From positions 38,688,001 to 38,752,000 of the forward strand of contig OZ024758.1 of assembly GCA_964016885.1 (NCBI GenBank): 64,000 nt of DNA, given 5' to 3'. Made by a program: the position numbers and the translations under genes. This stretch comes from Eledone cirrhosa. Taxonomy: Eukaryota. The notes under the pieces were generated by a model, which saw nothing but the letters and a program-made list of their open reading frames with translations, was not told where the DNA came from and searched no databases. Shown here piece by piece: positions 34,801-49,800 of the stretch (the stretch's first letter is position 1; each line of letters starts with the position of its first letter).

Positions 34801-37800
34801 CCACTGTTGGTGAGAATTCATTTAAGTCATGGTATTAGCTGTCAGAAGTAACTCCAATGTTGGTGAGAATTCATTTAAGTTCATGGTACTAGCTGTCAGA
34901 AGTAACTCCACTGTTGGTGAGAATTTATTTAAGTTCATGGTATTAGCTGTCAGAAGTAACTCCACTGTTGGTGAGAATTCATTTAAGTTCATGGTACTAG
35001 CTGTCAGAAGTAACTCCACTGTTGGTGAGAATTCATTTAAGTCATGGTATTAGCTGTCAGAAGTAACTCCAATGTTGGTGAGAATTCATTTAAGTCATGG
35101 TACTAGCTGTCAGAAGTAACTCCAATGTTGGTGAGAATTCATTTAAGTTCATGGTATTAGCTGTCAGAAGGAACTCCACTGTTGGTTAGAATTCATTTAA
35201 GTTCATGGTATTAGCTGTCAGAAGTAACTCCACTGTTGGTGAGAATTCATTTAAGTTCATGGTACTAGCTGTCAGAAGTAACTCCACTGTTGGTGAGAAT
35301 TCAGTTAAGTTCATGGTACTAGCTGTCAGAAGTAACTCCACTGTTGGTGAGAATTCAGTTAAGTTCATGCTATTAGCTGTCAGAAGGAACTCCACTGTTG
35401 GTGAGAATTCATTTAAGTTCATGGTATTAGCTGTCAGAAGTAACTCCACTGTTGGTGAGAATTCATTTAAGTTCATGGAACTAGCTGTCAGAAGTAACTC
35501 CACTGTTGGTGAGAATTCATTTAAGTTCATGGTACTAGCTGTCAGAAGTAACTCCACTGTTGGTGAGAATTCAGTTAAGTTCATGGTATTAGTTGTCAGA
35601 AGTAACTCCACTGTTGGTGAGAATTAATTTAAATCGTGGTATTAGTTGTCAGAAGTAACTCCAATGTTGGTGAGAATTCATTTAAGTTCATGGTACTAGC
35701 TGTCAGAAGTAACTCCACTGTTTCTGAGAATTCATTTAAGTTCATGGTACTAGCTGTCAGAAGTAACTCCACTGTTGGTGAGAATTCATTTAAGTTCATG
35801 GTACTAGCTGTCAGAAGTAACTCCACTGTTGGTGAGAATTCATTTAAGTTCATGGTACTAGCTGTCAGAAGTAACCCCACTGTTGGTGAGAATTCATTTA
35901 AGTTCATGGTACTAGCTGTCAGAAGTAACTCCAATGTTGGTGAGAATTCATTTAAGTTCATGGTATTAGCTGTCAGAAGGAACTCCACTGTTGGTGAGAA
36001 TTCATTTAAGTTCATGGTATTAGCTGTCAGAAGTAACTCCACTGTTGGTGAGAATTCATTTAAGTTCATGGTATTAGTTGTCAGAAGTAACTCCACTGTT
36101 GGTGAGAATTCATTTAAGTCATGGTATTAGTTGTCAGAAGTAACTCCAATGTTGGTGAGAATTCATTTAAGTTCATGGTACTAGCTGTCAGAAGTAACTC
36201 CACTGTTGGTGAGAATTCATTTAAGTTCATGGTATTAGCTGTCAGAAGTAACTCCACTGTTGGTGAGAATTCATTTAAGTTCATGGTATTAGCTGTCAGA
36301 AGTAACTCCACTGTTGGTGAGAATTCATTTAAGTCATGGTATTAGCTGTCAGAAGTAACTCCAATGTTGGTGAGAATTCATTTAAGTTCATGGTATTAGC
36401 TGTCAGAAGGAACTCTACTGTTGGTGAGAATTCATTTAAGTTCATGGTATTAGCTGTCAGAAGTAACTCCACTGTTGGTGAGAATTCATTTAAGTTCATG
36501 GTACTAGCTGTCAGAAGTAACTCCAATGTTGGTGATAATTCATTTAAGTTCATGGTATTAGCTGTCAGAAGTAACTCCACTGTTGGTGAGAATTCATTTA
36601 AGTTCATGGTATTAGCTGTCAGAAGTAACTCCACTGTTGGTGAGAATTCATTTAAGTTCATGGTACTAGCTGTCAGAAGTAACTCCACTGTTGGTGAGAA
36701 TTCATTTAAGTTCATGGTATTAGTTTGTCAGAAGTAACTCCACTGTTGGTGAGAATTCATTTAAGTCATGGTATTAGCTGTCAGAAGTAACTCCAATGTT
36801 GGTGAGAATTCATTTAAATTCATGGTACTAGCTGTCAGAAGTAACTCCACTGTTGGTGAGAATTCATTTAAGTCATGGTATTAGCTGTCAGAAGTAACTC
36901 TACTGTTGGTGAGAATTCATTTAAGTTCATGGTATTAGCTGTCAGAAGTAACTCCACTGTTGGTGAGAATTCATTTAAGTTCATGGTACTAGCTGTCAGA
37001 AGTAACTCCACTGTTGGTGAGAATTCATTTAAGTCATGGTATTAGCTGTCAGAAGTAACTCCAATGTTGGTGAGAATTCATTTAAGTCATGGTACTAGCT
37101 GTCAGAAGTAACTCCAATGTTGGTGAGAATTCATTTAAGTTCATGGTATTAGCTGTCAGAAGGAACTCCACTGTTGGTTAGAATTCATTTAAGTTCATGG
37201 TATTAGCTGTCAGAAGTAACTCCACTGTTGGTGAGAATTCATTTAAGTTCATGGTACTAGCTGTCAGAAGTAACTCCACTGTTGGTGAGAATTCAGTTAA
37301 GTTCATGGTACTAGCTGTCAGAAGTAACTCCACTGTTGGTGAGAATTCAGTTAAGTTCATGCTATTAGCTGTCAGAAGGAACTCCACTGTTGGTGAGAAT
37401 TCATTTAAGTTCATGGTATTAGCTGTCAGAAGTAACTCCACTGTTGGTGAGAATTCATTTAAGTTCATGGTACTAGCTGTCAGAAGTAACTCCACTGTTG
37501 ATGAGAATTCAGTTAAGTTCATGGTATTAGTTGTCAGAAGTAACTCCACTGTTGGTGAGAATTAATTTAAATCATGGTATTAGTTGTCAGAAGTAACTCC
37601 AATGTTGGTGAGAATTCATTTAAGTTCATGGTACTAGCTGTCAGAAGTAAATCCACTGTTTCTGAGAATTCATTTAAGTTCATGGTACTAGCTGTCAGAA
37701 GTAACTCCACTGTTGGTGAGAATTCATTTAAGTTCATGGTACTAGCTGCAGAAGTAACTCCACTGTTGGTGAGAATTCATTTAAGTTCATGGTATTAGCT

Positions 37801-40800
37801 GTCAGAAGGAACTCCACTGTTGGTGAGAATTCATTTAAGTTCATGGTATTAGCTGTCAGAAGTAACTCCACTGTTGGTGAGAATTCATTTAAGTTCATGG
37901 TACTAGTTGTCAGAAGTAACTCCACTGTTGGTGAGAATTCATTTAAGTTCATGGTATTAGTTGTCAGAAGTAACTCCACTGTTGGTGAGAATTCATTTAA
38001 GTCATGGTATTAGTTGTCAGAAGTAACTCCAATGTTGGTGAGAATTCATTTAAGTTCATGGTACTAGCTGTCAGAAGTAACTCCACTGTTGGTGAGAATT
38101 CATTTAAGTTCATGGTATTAGCTGTCAGAAGTAACTCCACTGTTGGTGAGAATTCATTTAAGTTCATGGTATTAGCTGTCAGAAGTAACTCCACTGTTGG
38201 TGAGAATTCATTTAAGTCATGGTATTAGCTGTCAGAAGTAACTCCAATGTTGGTGAGAATTCATTTAAGTTCATGGTATTAGCTGTCAGAAGGAACTCTA
38301 CTGTTGGTGAGAATTCATTTAAGTTCATGGTATTAGCTGTCAGAAGTAACTCCACTGTTGGTGAGAATTCATTTAAGTTCATGGTACTAGCTGTCAGAAG
38401 TAACTCCAATGTTGGTGAGAATTCATTTAAGTTCATGGTATTAGCTGTCAGAAGTAACTCCACTGTTGGTGAGAATTCATTTAAGTTCATGGTATTAGCT
38501 GTCAGAAGTAACTCCACTGTTGGTGAGAATTCATTTAAGTTCATGGTACTAGCTGTCAGAAGTAACTCCACTGCTGGTGAGAATTCATTTAAGTTCATGG
38601 TATTAGTTTGTCAGAAGTAACTCCACTGTTGGTGAGAATTCATTTAAGTCATGGTATTAGCTGTCAGAAGTAACTCCAATGTTGGTGAGAATTCATTTAA
38701 GTTCATGGTACTAGCTGTCAGAAGTAACTCCACTGTTGGTGAGAATTTATTTAAGTTCATGGTATTAGCTGTCAGAAGTAACTCCACTGTTGGTGAGAAT
38801 TCATTTAAGTTCATGGTACTAGCTGTCAGAAGTAACTCCACTGTTGGTGAGAATTCATTTAAGTCATGGTATTAGCTGTCAGAAGTAACTCCAATGTTGG
38901 TGAGAATTCATTTAAGTCATGGTACTAGCTGTCAGAAGTAACTCCAATGTTGGTGAGAATTCATTTAAGTTCATGGTATTAGCTGTCAGAAGGAACTCCA
39001 CTGTTGGTTAGAATTCATTTAAGTTCATGGTATTAGCTGTCAGAAGTAACTCCACTGTTGGTGAGAATTCATTTAAGTTCATGGTACTAGCTGTCAGAAG
39101 TAACTCCACTGTTGGTGAGAATTCAGTTAAGTTCATGGTACTAGCTGTCAGAAGTAACTCCACTGTTGGTGAGAATTCAGTTAAGTTCATGCTATTAGCT
39201 GTCAGAAGGAACTCCACTGTTGGTGAGAATTCATTTAAGTTCATGGTATTAGCTGTCAGAAGTAACTCCACTGTTGGTGAGAATTCATTTAAGTTCATGG
39301 AACTAGCTGTCAGAAGTAACTCCACTGTTGGTGAGAATTCATTTAAGTTCATGGTACTAGCTGTCAGAAGTAACTCCACTGTTGGTGAGAATTCAGTTAA
39401 GTTCATGGTATTAGTTGTCAGAAGTAACTCCACTGTTGGTGAGAATTAATTTAAATCGTGGTATTAGTTGTCAGAAGTAACTCCAATGTTGGTGAGAATT
39501 CATTTAAGTTCATGGTACTAGCTGTCAGAAGTAACTCCACTGTTTCTGAGAATTCATTTAAGTTCATGGTACTAGCTGTCAGAAGTAACTCCACTGTTGG
39601 TGAGAATTCATTTAAGTTCATGGTACTAGCTGTCAGAAGTAACTCCACTGTTGGTGAGAATTCATTTAAGTTCATGGTACTAGCTGTCAGAAGTAACCCC
39701 ACTGTTGGTGAGAATTCATTTAAGTTCATGGTACTAGCTGTCAGAAGTAACTCCAATGTTGGTGAGAATTCATTTAAGTTCATGGTATTAGCTGTCAGAA
39801 GGAACTCCACTGTTGGTGAGAATTCATTTAAGTTCATGGTATTAGCTGTCAGAAGTAACTCCACTGTTGGTGAGAATTCATTTAAGTTCATGGTACTAGT
39901 TGTCAGAAGTAACTCCACTGTTGGTGAGAATTCATTTAAGTTCATGGTATTAGTTGTCAGAAGTAACTCCACTGTTGGTGAGAATTCATTTAAGTCATGG
40001 TATTAGTTGTCAGAAGTAACTCCAATGTTGGTGAGAATTCATTTAAGTTCATGGTACTAGCTGTCAGAAGTAACTCCACTGTTGGTGAGAATTCATTTAA
40101 GTTCATGGTATTAGCTGTCAGAAGTAACTCCACTGTTGGTGAGAATTCATTTAAGTTCATGGTATTAGCTGTCAGAAGTAACTCCACTGTTGGTGAGAAT
40201 TCATTTAAGTCATGGTATTAGCTGTCAGAAGTAACTCCACTGTTGGTGAGAATTCATTTAAGTTCATGGTACTAGCTGTCAGAAGTAACTCCACTGTTGG
40301 TGAGAATTCATTTAAGTCATGGTATTAGCTGTCAGAAGTAACTCCAATGTTGGTGAGAATTCATTTAAGTCATGGTACTAGCTGTCAGAAGTAACTCCAA
40401 TGTTGGTGAGAATTCATTTAAGTTCATGGTATTAGCTGTCAGAAGGAACTCCACTGTTGGTTAGAATTCATTTAAGTTCATGGTATTAGCTGTCAGAAGT
40501 AACTCCACTGTTGGTGAGAATTCATTTAAGTTCATGGTACTAGCTGTCAGAAGTAACTCCACTGTTGGTGAGAATTCAGTTAAGTTCATGGTACTAGCTG
40601 TCAGAAGTAACTCCACTGTTGGTGAGAATTCAGTTAAGTTCATGCTATTAGCTGTCAGAAGGAACTCCACTGTTGGTGAGAATTCATTTAAGTTCATGGT
40701 ATTAGCTGTCAGAAGTAACTCCACTGTTGGTGAGAATTCATTTAAGTTCATGGAACTAGCTGTCAGAAGTAACTCCACTGTTGGTGAGAATTCATTTAAG

Positions 40801-43800
40801 TTCATGGTACTAGCTGTCAGAAGTAACTCCACTGTTGGTGAGAATTCAGTTAAGTTCATGGTATTAGTTGTCAGAAGTAACTCCACTGTTGGTGAGAATT
40901 AATTTAAATCGTGGTATTAGTTGTCAGAAGTAACTCCAATGTTGGTGAGAATTCATTTAAGTTCATGGTACTAGCTGTCAGAAGTAACTCCACTGTTTCT
41001 GAGAATTCATTTAAGTTCATGGTACTAGCTGTCAGAAGTAACTCCACTGTTGGTGAGAATTCATTTAAGTTCATGGTACTAGCTGTCAGAAGTAACTCCA
41101 CTGTTGGTGAGAATTCATTTAAGTTCATGGTACTAGCTGTCAGAAGTAACCCCACTGTTGGTGAGAATTCATTTAAGTTCATGGTACTAGCTGTCAGAAG
41201 TAACTCCAATGTTGGTGAGAATTCATTTAAGTTCATGGTATTAGCTGTCAGAAGGAACTCCACTGTTGGTGAGAATTCATTTAAGTTCATGGTATTAGCT
41301 GTCAGAAGTAACTCCACTGTTGGTGAGAATTCATTTAAGTTCATGGTACTAGTTGTCAGAAGTAACTCCACTGTTGGTGAGAATTCATTTAAGTTCATGG
41401 TATTAGTTGTCAGAAGTAACTCCACTGTTGGTGAGAATTCATTTAAGTCATGGTATTAGTTGTCAGAAGTAACTCCAATGTTGGTGAGAATTCATTTAAG
41501 TTCATGGTACTAGCTGTCAGAAGTAACTCCACTGTTGGTGAGAATTCATTTAAGTTCATGGTATTAGCTGTCAGAAGTAACTCCACTGTTGGTGAGAATT
41601 CATTTAAGTTCATGGTATTAGCTGTCAGAAGTAACTCCACTGTTGGTGAGAATTCATTTAAGTCATGGTATTAGCTGTCAGAAGTAACTCCAATGTTGGT
41701 GAGAATTCATTTAAGTTCATGGTATTAGCTGTCAGAAGGAACTCTACTGTTGGTGAGAATTCATTTAAGTTCATGGTATTAGCTGTCAGAAGTAACTCCA
41801 CTGTTGGTGAGAATTCATTTAAGTTCATGGTACTAGCTGTCAGAAGTAACTCCAATGTTGGTGATAATTCATTTAAGTTCATGGTATTAGCTGTCAGAAG
41901 TAACTCCACTGTTGGTGAGAATTCATTTAAGTTCATGGTATTAGCTGTCAGAAGTAACTCCACTGTTGGTGAGAATTCATTTAAGTTCATGGTACTAGCT
42001 GTCAGAAGTAACTCCACTGTTGGTGAGAATTCATTTAAGTTCATGGTATTAGTTTGTCAGAAGTAACTCCACTGTTGGTGAGAATTCATTTAAGTCATGG
42101 TATTAGCTGTCAGAAGTAACTCCAATGTTGGTGAGAATTCATTTAAATTCATGGTACTAGCTGTCAGAAGTAACTCCACTGTTGGTGAGAATTCATTTAA
42201 GTCATGGTATTAGCTGTCAGAAGTAACTCTACTGTTGGTGAGAATTCATTTAAGTTCATGGTATTAGCTGTCAGAAGTAACTCCACTGTTGGTGAGAATT
42301 CATTTAAGTTCATGGTACTAGCTGTCAGAAGTAACTCCACTGTTGGTGAGAATTCATTTAAGTCATGGTATTAGCTGTCAGAAGTAACTCCAATGTTGGT
42401 GAGAATTCATTTAAGTCATGGTACTAGCTGTCAGAAGTAACTCCAATGTTGGTGAGAATTCATTTAAGTTCATGGTATTAGCTGTCAGAAGGAACTCCAC
42501 TGTTGGTTAGAATTCATTTAAGTTCATGGTATTAGCTGTCAGAAGTAACTCCACTGTTGGTGAGAATTCATTTAAGTTCATGGTACTAGCTGTCAGAAGT
42601 AACTCCACTGTTGGTGAGAATTCAGTTAAGTTCATGGTACTAGCTGTCAGAAGTAACTCCACTGTTGGTGAGAATTCAGTTAAGTTCATGCTATTAGCTG
42701 TCAGAAGGAACTCCACTGTTGGTGAGAATTCATTTAAGTTCATGGTATTAGCTGTCAGAAGTAACTCCACTGTTGGTGAGAATTCATTTAAGTTCATGGT
42801 ACTAGCTGTCAGAAGTAACTCCACTGTTGATGAGAATTCAGTTAAGTTCATGGTATTAGTTGTCAGAAGTAACTCCACTGTTGGTGAGAATTAATTTAAA
42901 TCATGGTATTAGTTGTCAGAAGTAACTCCAATGTTGGTGAGAATTCATTTAAGTTCATGGTACTAGCTGTCAGAAGTAAATCCACTGTTTCTGAGAATTC
43001 ATTTAAGTTCATGGTACTAGCTGTCAGAAGTAACTCCACTGTTGGTGAGAATTCATTTAAGTTCATGGTACTAGCTGCAGAAGTAACTCCACTGTTGGTG
43101 AGAATTCATTTAAGTTCATGGTACTAGCTGTCAGAAGTAACCCCACTGTTGGTGAGAATTCATTTAAGTTCATGGTACTAGCTGTCAGAAGTAACTCCAA
43201 TGTTGGTGAGAATTCATTTAAGTTCATGGTATGAGCTGTCAGAAGGAACTCTACTGTTGGTGAGAATTCATTTAAGTTCATGGTATTAGCTGTCAGAAGT
43301 AACTCCACTGTTGGTGAGAATTCATTTAAGTTCATGGTACTAGCTGTCAGAAGTAACTCCAATGTTGGTGAGAATTCATTTAAGTTCATGGTATTAGTTT
43401 GTCAGAAGTAACTCCACTGTTGGTGAGAATTCATTTAAGTCATGGTATTAGTTGTCAGAAGTAACTCCAAAGTTGGTGAGAATTCATTTAAGTTCATGGT
43501 ACTAGCTGTCAGAAGTAACTCCACTGTTGGTGAGAATTCATTTAAGTTCATGGTATTAGCTGTCAGAAGTAACTCCACTGTTGGTGAGAATTCATTTAAG
43601 TTCATGGTACTAGCTGTCAGAAGTAACTCCACTGTTGGTGAGAATTCATTTAATTCATGGTATTAGCTGTCAGAAGTAACTCCAATGTTGGTGAGAATTC
43701 ATTTAAGTCATGGTACTAGCTGTCAGAAGTAACTCCACTGTTGGTGAGAATTCATTTAAGTCATGGTATTAGCTGTCAGAAGTAACTCCATTGTTGGTGT

Positions 43801-46800
43801 TAATTCATTTAAGTCATGGTACTAGCTGTCAGAAGTAACTCCACTGTTGGTGAGAATTCATTTAAGTTCATGGTATTAGCTGTCAGAAGGAACTCCACTG
43901 TTGGTGAGAATTCATTTAAGTTCATGGTACTAGCTGTCAGAAGTAACTCCACTGTTGGTGAGAATTCATTTAAGTTCATGGTATTAGCTGTCAGAAGTCA
44001 CTCCAATGTTGGTGAGAATTCATTTAAGTTCATGGTATTAGCTGTCAGAAGTAACTCCACTGTTGGTGAGAATTCATTTAAGTTCATGGTATTAGCTGTC
44101 AGAAGTAACTCCACTGTTGGTGAGAATTCATTTAAGTTCATGGTATTAGCTGTCAGAAGTAACTCCACTGTTGGTGAGAATTCATTTAAGTTCATGGTAT
44201 TAGCTGTCAGAAGGAACTCCAATGTTGGTGAGAATTCATTTAAGTCATGGTACTAGCTGTCAGAAGTAACTCCACTGTTGGTGAGAATTCATTTAAGTTC
44301 ATGGTATTAGCTGTCAGAAGGAACGCCACTGTTGGTGAGAATTCATTTAAGTTCATGGTATTAGCTGTCAGAAGTAACTCCACTGTTGGTGAGAATTCAT
44401 TTAAGTTCATGGTACTAGCTGTCAGAAGTAACTCCAATGTTGGTGAGAATTCATTTAAGTTCATGGTATTAGCTGTCAGAAGGAACTCCACTGTTGGTGA
44501 GAATTCATTTAAGTTCATGGTATTAGCTGTCAGAAGTAACTCCACTGTTGGTGAGAATTCATTTAAGTTCATGGTATTAGCTGTCAGAAGGAACTCCACT
44601 GTTGGTGAGAATTCATTTAAGTTCATGGTATTAGCTGTCAGAAGTAACTCCACTGTTGGTGAGAATTCATTTAAGTTCATGGTACTAGCTGTCAGAAGTA
44701 ACTCCAATGTTGGTGAGAATTCATTTAAGTTCATGGCATTAGCTGTCAGAAGTAACTCCACTGTTGGTGAGAATTCATTTAAGTCATGGTATTAGCTGTC
44801 AGAAGTAACTCCAATGTTGGTGAGAATTCATTTAAGTTCATGGTATTAGCTGTCAGAAGTAACTCCACTGTTGGTGAGAATTCATTTAAGTTCATGGTAT
44901 TAGCTGTCAGAAGTAACTCCACTGTTGGTGAGAATTCATTTAAGTTCATGGTACTAGCTGTCAGAAGTAACTCCACTGTTGGTGAGAATTCATTTAAGTT
45001 CATGGTATTAGCTGTCAGAAGGAACTCCACTGTTGGTGAGAATTCATTTAAGTTCATGGTACTAGCTGTCAGAAGTAACTCCACTGTTGGTGAGAATTCA
45101 TTTAAGTTCATGGTATTAGTTTGTCAGAAGTAACTCCACTGTTGGTGAGAATTCATTTAAGTCATGGTATTAGTTGTCAGAAGTAACTCCAATGTTGGTG
45201 AGAATTCATTTAAGTCATGGTACTAGCTGTCAGAAGTAACTCCAATGTTGGTGAGAATTCATTTAAGTTCATGGTATTAGCTGTCAGAAGGAACTCCACT
45301 GTTGGTGAGAATTCATTTAAGTTCATGGTATTAGCTGTCAGAAGTAACTCCACTGTTGGTGAGAATTTATTTAAGTTCATGGTACTAGCTGTCAGAAGTA
45401 ACTCCAATGTTGGTGAGAATTCATTTAAGTTCATGGTATTAGCTGTCAGAAGTAACTCCAATGTTGGTGAGAATTCATTTAAGTTCATGGTATTAGCTGT
45501 TAGAAGTAACTCCACTGTTGGTGAGAATTCATTTAAGTTCATGGTATTAGCTGTCAGAAGTAACTCCACAGTTGGTGAGAATTCATTTAAGTTCATGGTA
45601 TTAGTTTGTCAGAAGTAACTCCACTGTTGGTGAGAATTCATTTAAGTCATGGTATTAGTTGTCAGAAGTAACTCCAATGTTGGTGAGAATTCATTTAAGT
45701 TCATGGTATTAGCTGTCAGAAGTAACTCCACTGTTGGTGAGAATTCATTTAAGTTCATGGTACTAGCTGTCAGAAGTAACTCCACTGTTGGTGAGAATTC
45801 ATTTAAGTTCATGGTATTAGCTGTCAGAAGTCACTCCAATGTTGGTGAGAATTCATTGAAGTTCATGGTATTAGCTGTCAGAAGTCACTCCACTGTTGGT
45901 GAGAATTCATTTAAGTTCATGGTACTAGCTGTCAGAAGTAACCCCAATGTTGGTGAGAATTCATTTAAGTTCATGGTATTAGCTGTCAGAAGTAACTCCA
46001 CTGTTGGTGAGAATTCATTTAAGTTCATGGTACTAGCTGTCAGAAGTAACTCCACTGTTGGTGAGAATTCATTTAAGTTCATGGTATTAGCTGTCAGAAG
46101 TCACTCCAATGTTGGTGAGAATTCATTTAAGTTCATGGTATTAGCTGTCAGAAGTCACTCCACTGTTGGTGAGAATTCATTTAAGTTCATGGTATTAGCT
46201 GTCAGAAGTAACTCCACTGTTGGTGAGAATTCATTTAAGTTCATGGTATTAGCTGTCAGAAGTAACTCCACTGTTGGTGAGAATTCATTTAAGTTCATGG
46301 TATTAGCTGTCAGAAGGAACTCCAATGTTGGTGAGAATTCATTTAAGTCATGGTACTAGCTGTCAGAAGTAACTCCACTGTTGGTGAGAATTCATTTAAG
46401 TTCATGGTATTAGCTGTCAGAAGGAACGCCACTGTTGGTGAGAATTCATTTAAGTTCATGGTATTAGCTGTCAGAAGTAACTCCACTGTTGGTGAGAATT
46501 CATTTAAGTTCATGGTATTAGCTGTCAGAAGTAACTCCAATGTTGGTGAGAATTCATTTAAGTTCATGGTATTAGCTGTCAGAAGGAACTCCACTGTTGG
46601 TGAGAATTCATTTAAGTTCATGGTATTAGCTGTCAGAAGTAACTCCACTGTTGGTGAGAATTCATTTAAGTTCATGGTATTAGCTGTCAGAAGTAACTCC
46701 ACTGTTGGTGAGAATTCATTTAAGTTCATGGTATTAGCTGTCAGAAGTAACTCCACTGTTGGTGAGAATTCATTTAAGTTCATGGTACTAGCTGTCAGAA

Positions 46801-49800
46801 GTAACTCCAATGTTGGTGAGAATTCATTTAAGTTCATGGTATTAGCTGTCAGAAGGAACTCCACTGTTGGTGAGAATTCATTTAAGTTCATGGTATTAGC
46901 TGTCAGAAGTAACTCCACTGTTGGTGAGAATTCATTTAAGTTCATGGTAGTAGTTGTCAGAAGTAACTCCACTGTTGGTGAGAATTCATTTAAGTTCATG
47001 GTATTAGTTGTCAGAAGTAACTCCACTGTTGGTGAGAATTCATTTAAGTCATGGTATTAGTTGTCAGAAGTAACTCCAATGTTGGTGAGAATTCATTAAA
47101 TTCATGGTACTAGCTGTCAGAAGTAACTCCACTGTTGGTGAGAATTCATTTAAGTTCATGGTATTAGCTGTCAGAAGTAACTCCACTGTTGGTGAGAATT
47201 CATTTAAGTCATGGTACTAGCTGTCAGAAGTAACTCCACTGTTGGTGAGAATTCATTTAAGTTCATGGTATTAGCTGTCAGAAGGAACTCCACTGTTGGT
47301 GAGAATTCATTTAAGTTCATGGTACTAGCTGTCAGAAGTAACTCCACTGTTGGTGAGAATTCATTTAAGTTCATGGTACTAGCTGTCAGAAGTAACTCCA
47401 CTGTTGGTGAGAATTCATTTAAGTTCATGGTACTAGCTGTCAGAAGTCACTCCAATGTTGGTGCGAATTCATTTAAGTTCATGGTATTAGCTGTCAGAAG
47501 TCACTCCACTGTTGGTGAGAATTCATTTAAGTTCATGGTACTTGCTGTCAGAAGTAACCCCAATGTTGGTGAGAATTCATTTAAGTTCATGGTATTAGCT
47601 GTCAGAAGTCACTCCAATGTTGGTGAGAATTCATTTAAGTTCATGGTACTAGCTGTCAGAAGTAACTCCACTGTTGGTGAGAATTCATTTAAGTTCATGG
47701 TACTAGCTGTCAGAAGTAACTCCACTGTTGGTGAGAATTCATTTAAGTTCATGGTACTAGCTGTCAGAAGTAACTCCACTGTTAGTGACAATTCATTTAA
47801 GTTCATGGTACTAGCTGTCAGAAGTAACTCCACTGTTGGTGAGAATTCATTTAAGTTCATGGTATTAGCTGTCAGAAGTAACTCCACTGTTGGTGAGAAT
47901 TCATTTAAGTTCATGCTATTAGCTGTCAGAAGGAACTCCACTGTTGGTGAGAATTCATTTAAGTTCATGGTATTAGCTGTCAGAAGTAACTCCACTGTTG
48001 GTGAGAATTCATTTAAGTTCATGGAACTAGCTGTCAGAAGTAACTCCACTGTTGGTGAGAATTCATTTAAGTTCATGGTACTAGCTGTCAGAAGTAACTC
48101 CACTGTTGGTGAGAATTCAGTTAAGTTCATGGTATTAGTTGTCAGAAGTAACTCCACTGTTGGTGAGAATTAATTTAAATCGTGGTATTAGTTGTCAGAA
48201 GTCACTCCAATGTTGGTGAGAATTCATTTAAGTTCATGGTACTAGCTGTCAGAAGTAACTCCACTGTTGGTGAGAATTCATTTAAGTTCATGGTACTAGC
48301 TGTCAGAAGTAACTCCACTGTTGGTGAGAATTCATTTAAGTTCATGGTACTAGCTGTCAGAAGTAACTCCACTGTTAGTGACAATTCATTTAAGTTCATG
48401 GTACTAGCTGTCAGAAGTAACTCCACTGTTGGTGAGAATTCATTTAAGTTCATGGTATTAGCTGTCAGAAGTAACTCCACTGTTGGTGAGAATTCATTTA
48501 AGTTCATGCTATTAGCTGTCAGAAGGAACTCCACTGTTGGTGAGAATTCATTTAAGTTCATGGTATTAGCTGTCAGAAGTAACTCCACTGTTGGTGAGAA
48601 TTCATTTAAGTTCATGGAACTAGCTGTCAGAAGTAACTCCACTGTTGGTGAGAATTCATTTAAGTTCATGGTACTAGCTGTCAGAAGTAACTCCACTGTT
48701 GGTGAGAATTCAGTTAAGTTCATGGTATTAGTTGTCAGAAGTAACTCCACTGTTGGTGAGAATTAATTTAAATCGTGGTATTAGTTGTCAGAAGTAACTC
48801 CAATGTTGGTGAGAATTCATTTAAGTTCATGGTACTAGCTGTCAGAAGTAACTCCACTGTTTCTGAGAATTCATTTAAGTTCATGGTACTAGCTGTCAGA
48901 AGTAACTCCACTGTTGGTGAGAATTCATTTAAGTTCATGGTACTAGCTGTCAGAAGTAACTCCACTGTTGGTGAGAATTCATTTAAGTTCATGGTACTAG
49001 CTGTCAGAAGTAACCCCACTGTTGGTGAGAATTCATTTAAGTTCATGGTACTAGCTGTCAGAAGTAACTCCAATGTTGGTGAGAATTCATTTAAGTTCAT
49101 GGTATTAGCTGTCAGAAGGAACTCCACTGTTGGTGAGAATTCATTTAAGTTCATGGTATTAGCTGTCAGAAGTAACTCCACTGTTGGTGAGAATTCATTT
49201 AAGTTCATGGTACTAGTTGTCAGAAGTAACTCCACTGTTGGTGAGAATTCATTTAAGTTCATGGTATTAGTTGTCAGAAGTAACTCCACTGTTGGTGAGA
49301 ATTCATTTAAGTCATGGTATTAGTTGTCAGAAGTAACTCCAATGTTGGTGAGAATTCATTTAAGTTCATGGTACTAGCTGTCAGAAGTAACTCCACTGTT
49401 GGTGAGAATTCATTTAAGTTCATGGTATTAGCTGTCAGAAGTAACTCCACTGTTGGTGAGAATTCATTTAAGTTCATGGTATTAGCTGTCAGAAGTAACT
49501 CCACTGTTGGTGAGAATTCATTTAAGTCATGGTATTAGCTGTCAGAAGTAACTCCAATGTTGGTGAGAATTCATTTAAGTTCATGGTATTAGCTGTCAGA
49601 AGGAACTCTACTGTTGGTGAGAATTCATTTAAGTTCATGGTATTAGCTGTCAGAAGTAACTCCACTGTTGGTGAGAATTCATTTAAGTTCATGGTACTAG
49701 CTGTCAGAAGTAACTCCAATGTTGGTGAGAATTCATTTAAGTTCATGGTATTAGCTGTCAGAAGTAACTCCACTGTTGGTGAGAATTCATTTAAGTTCAT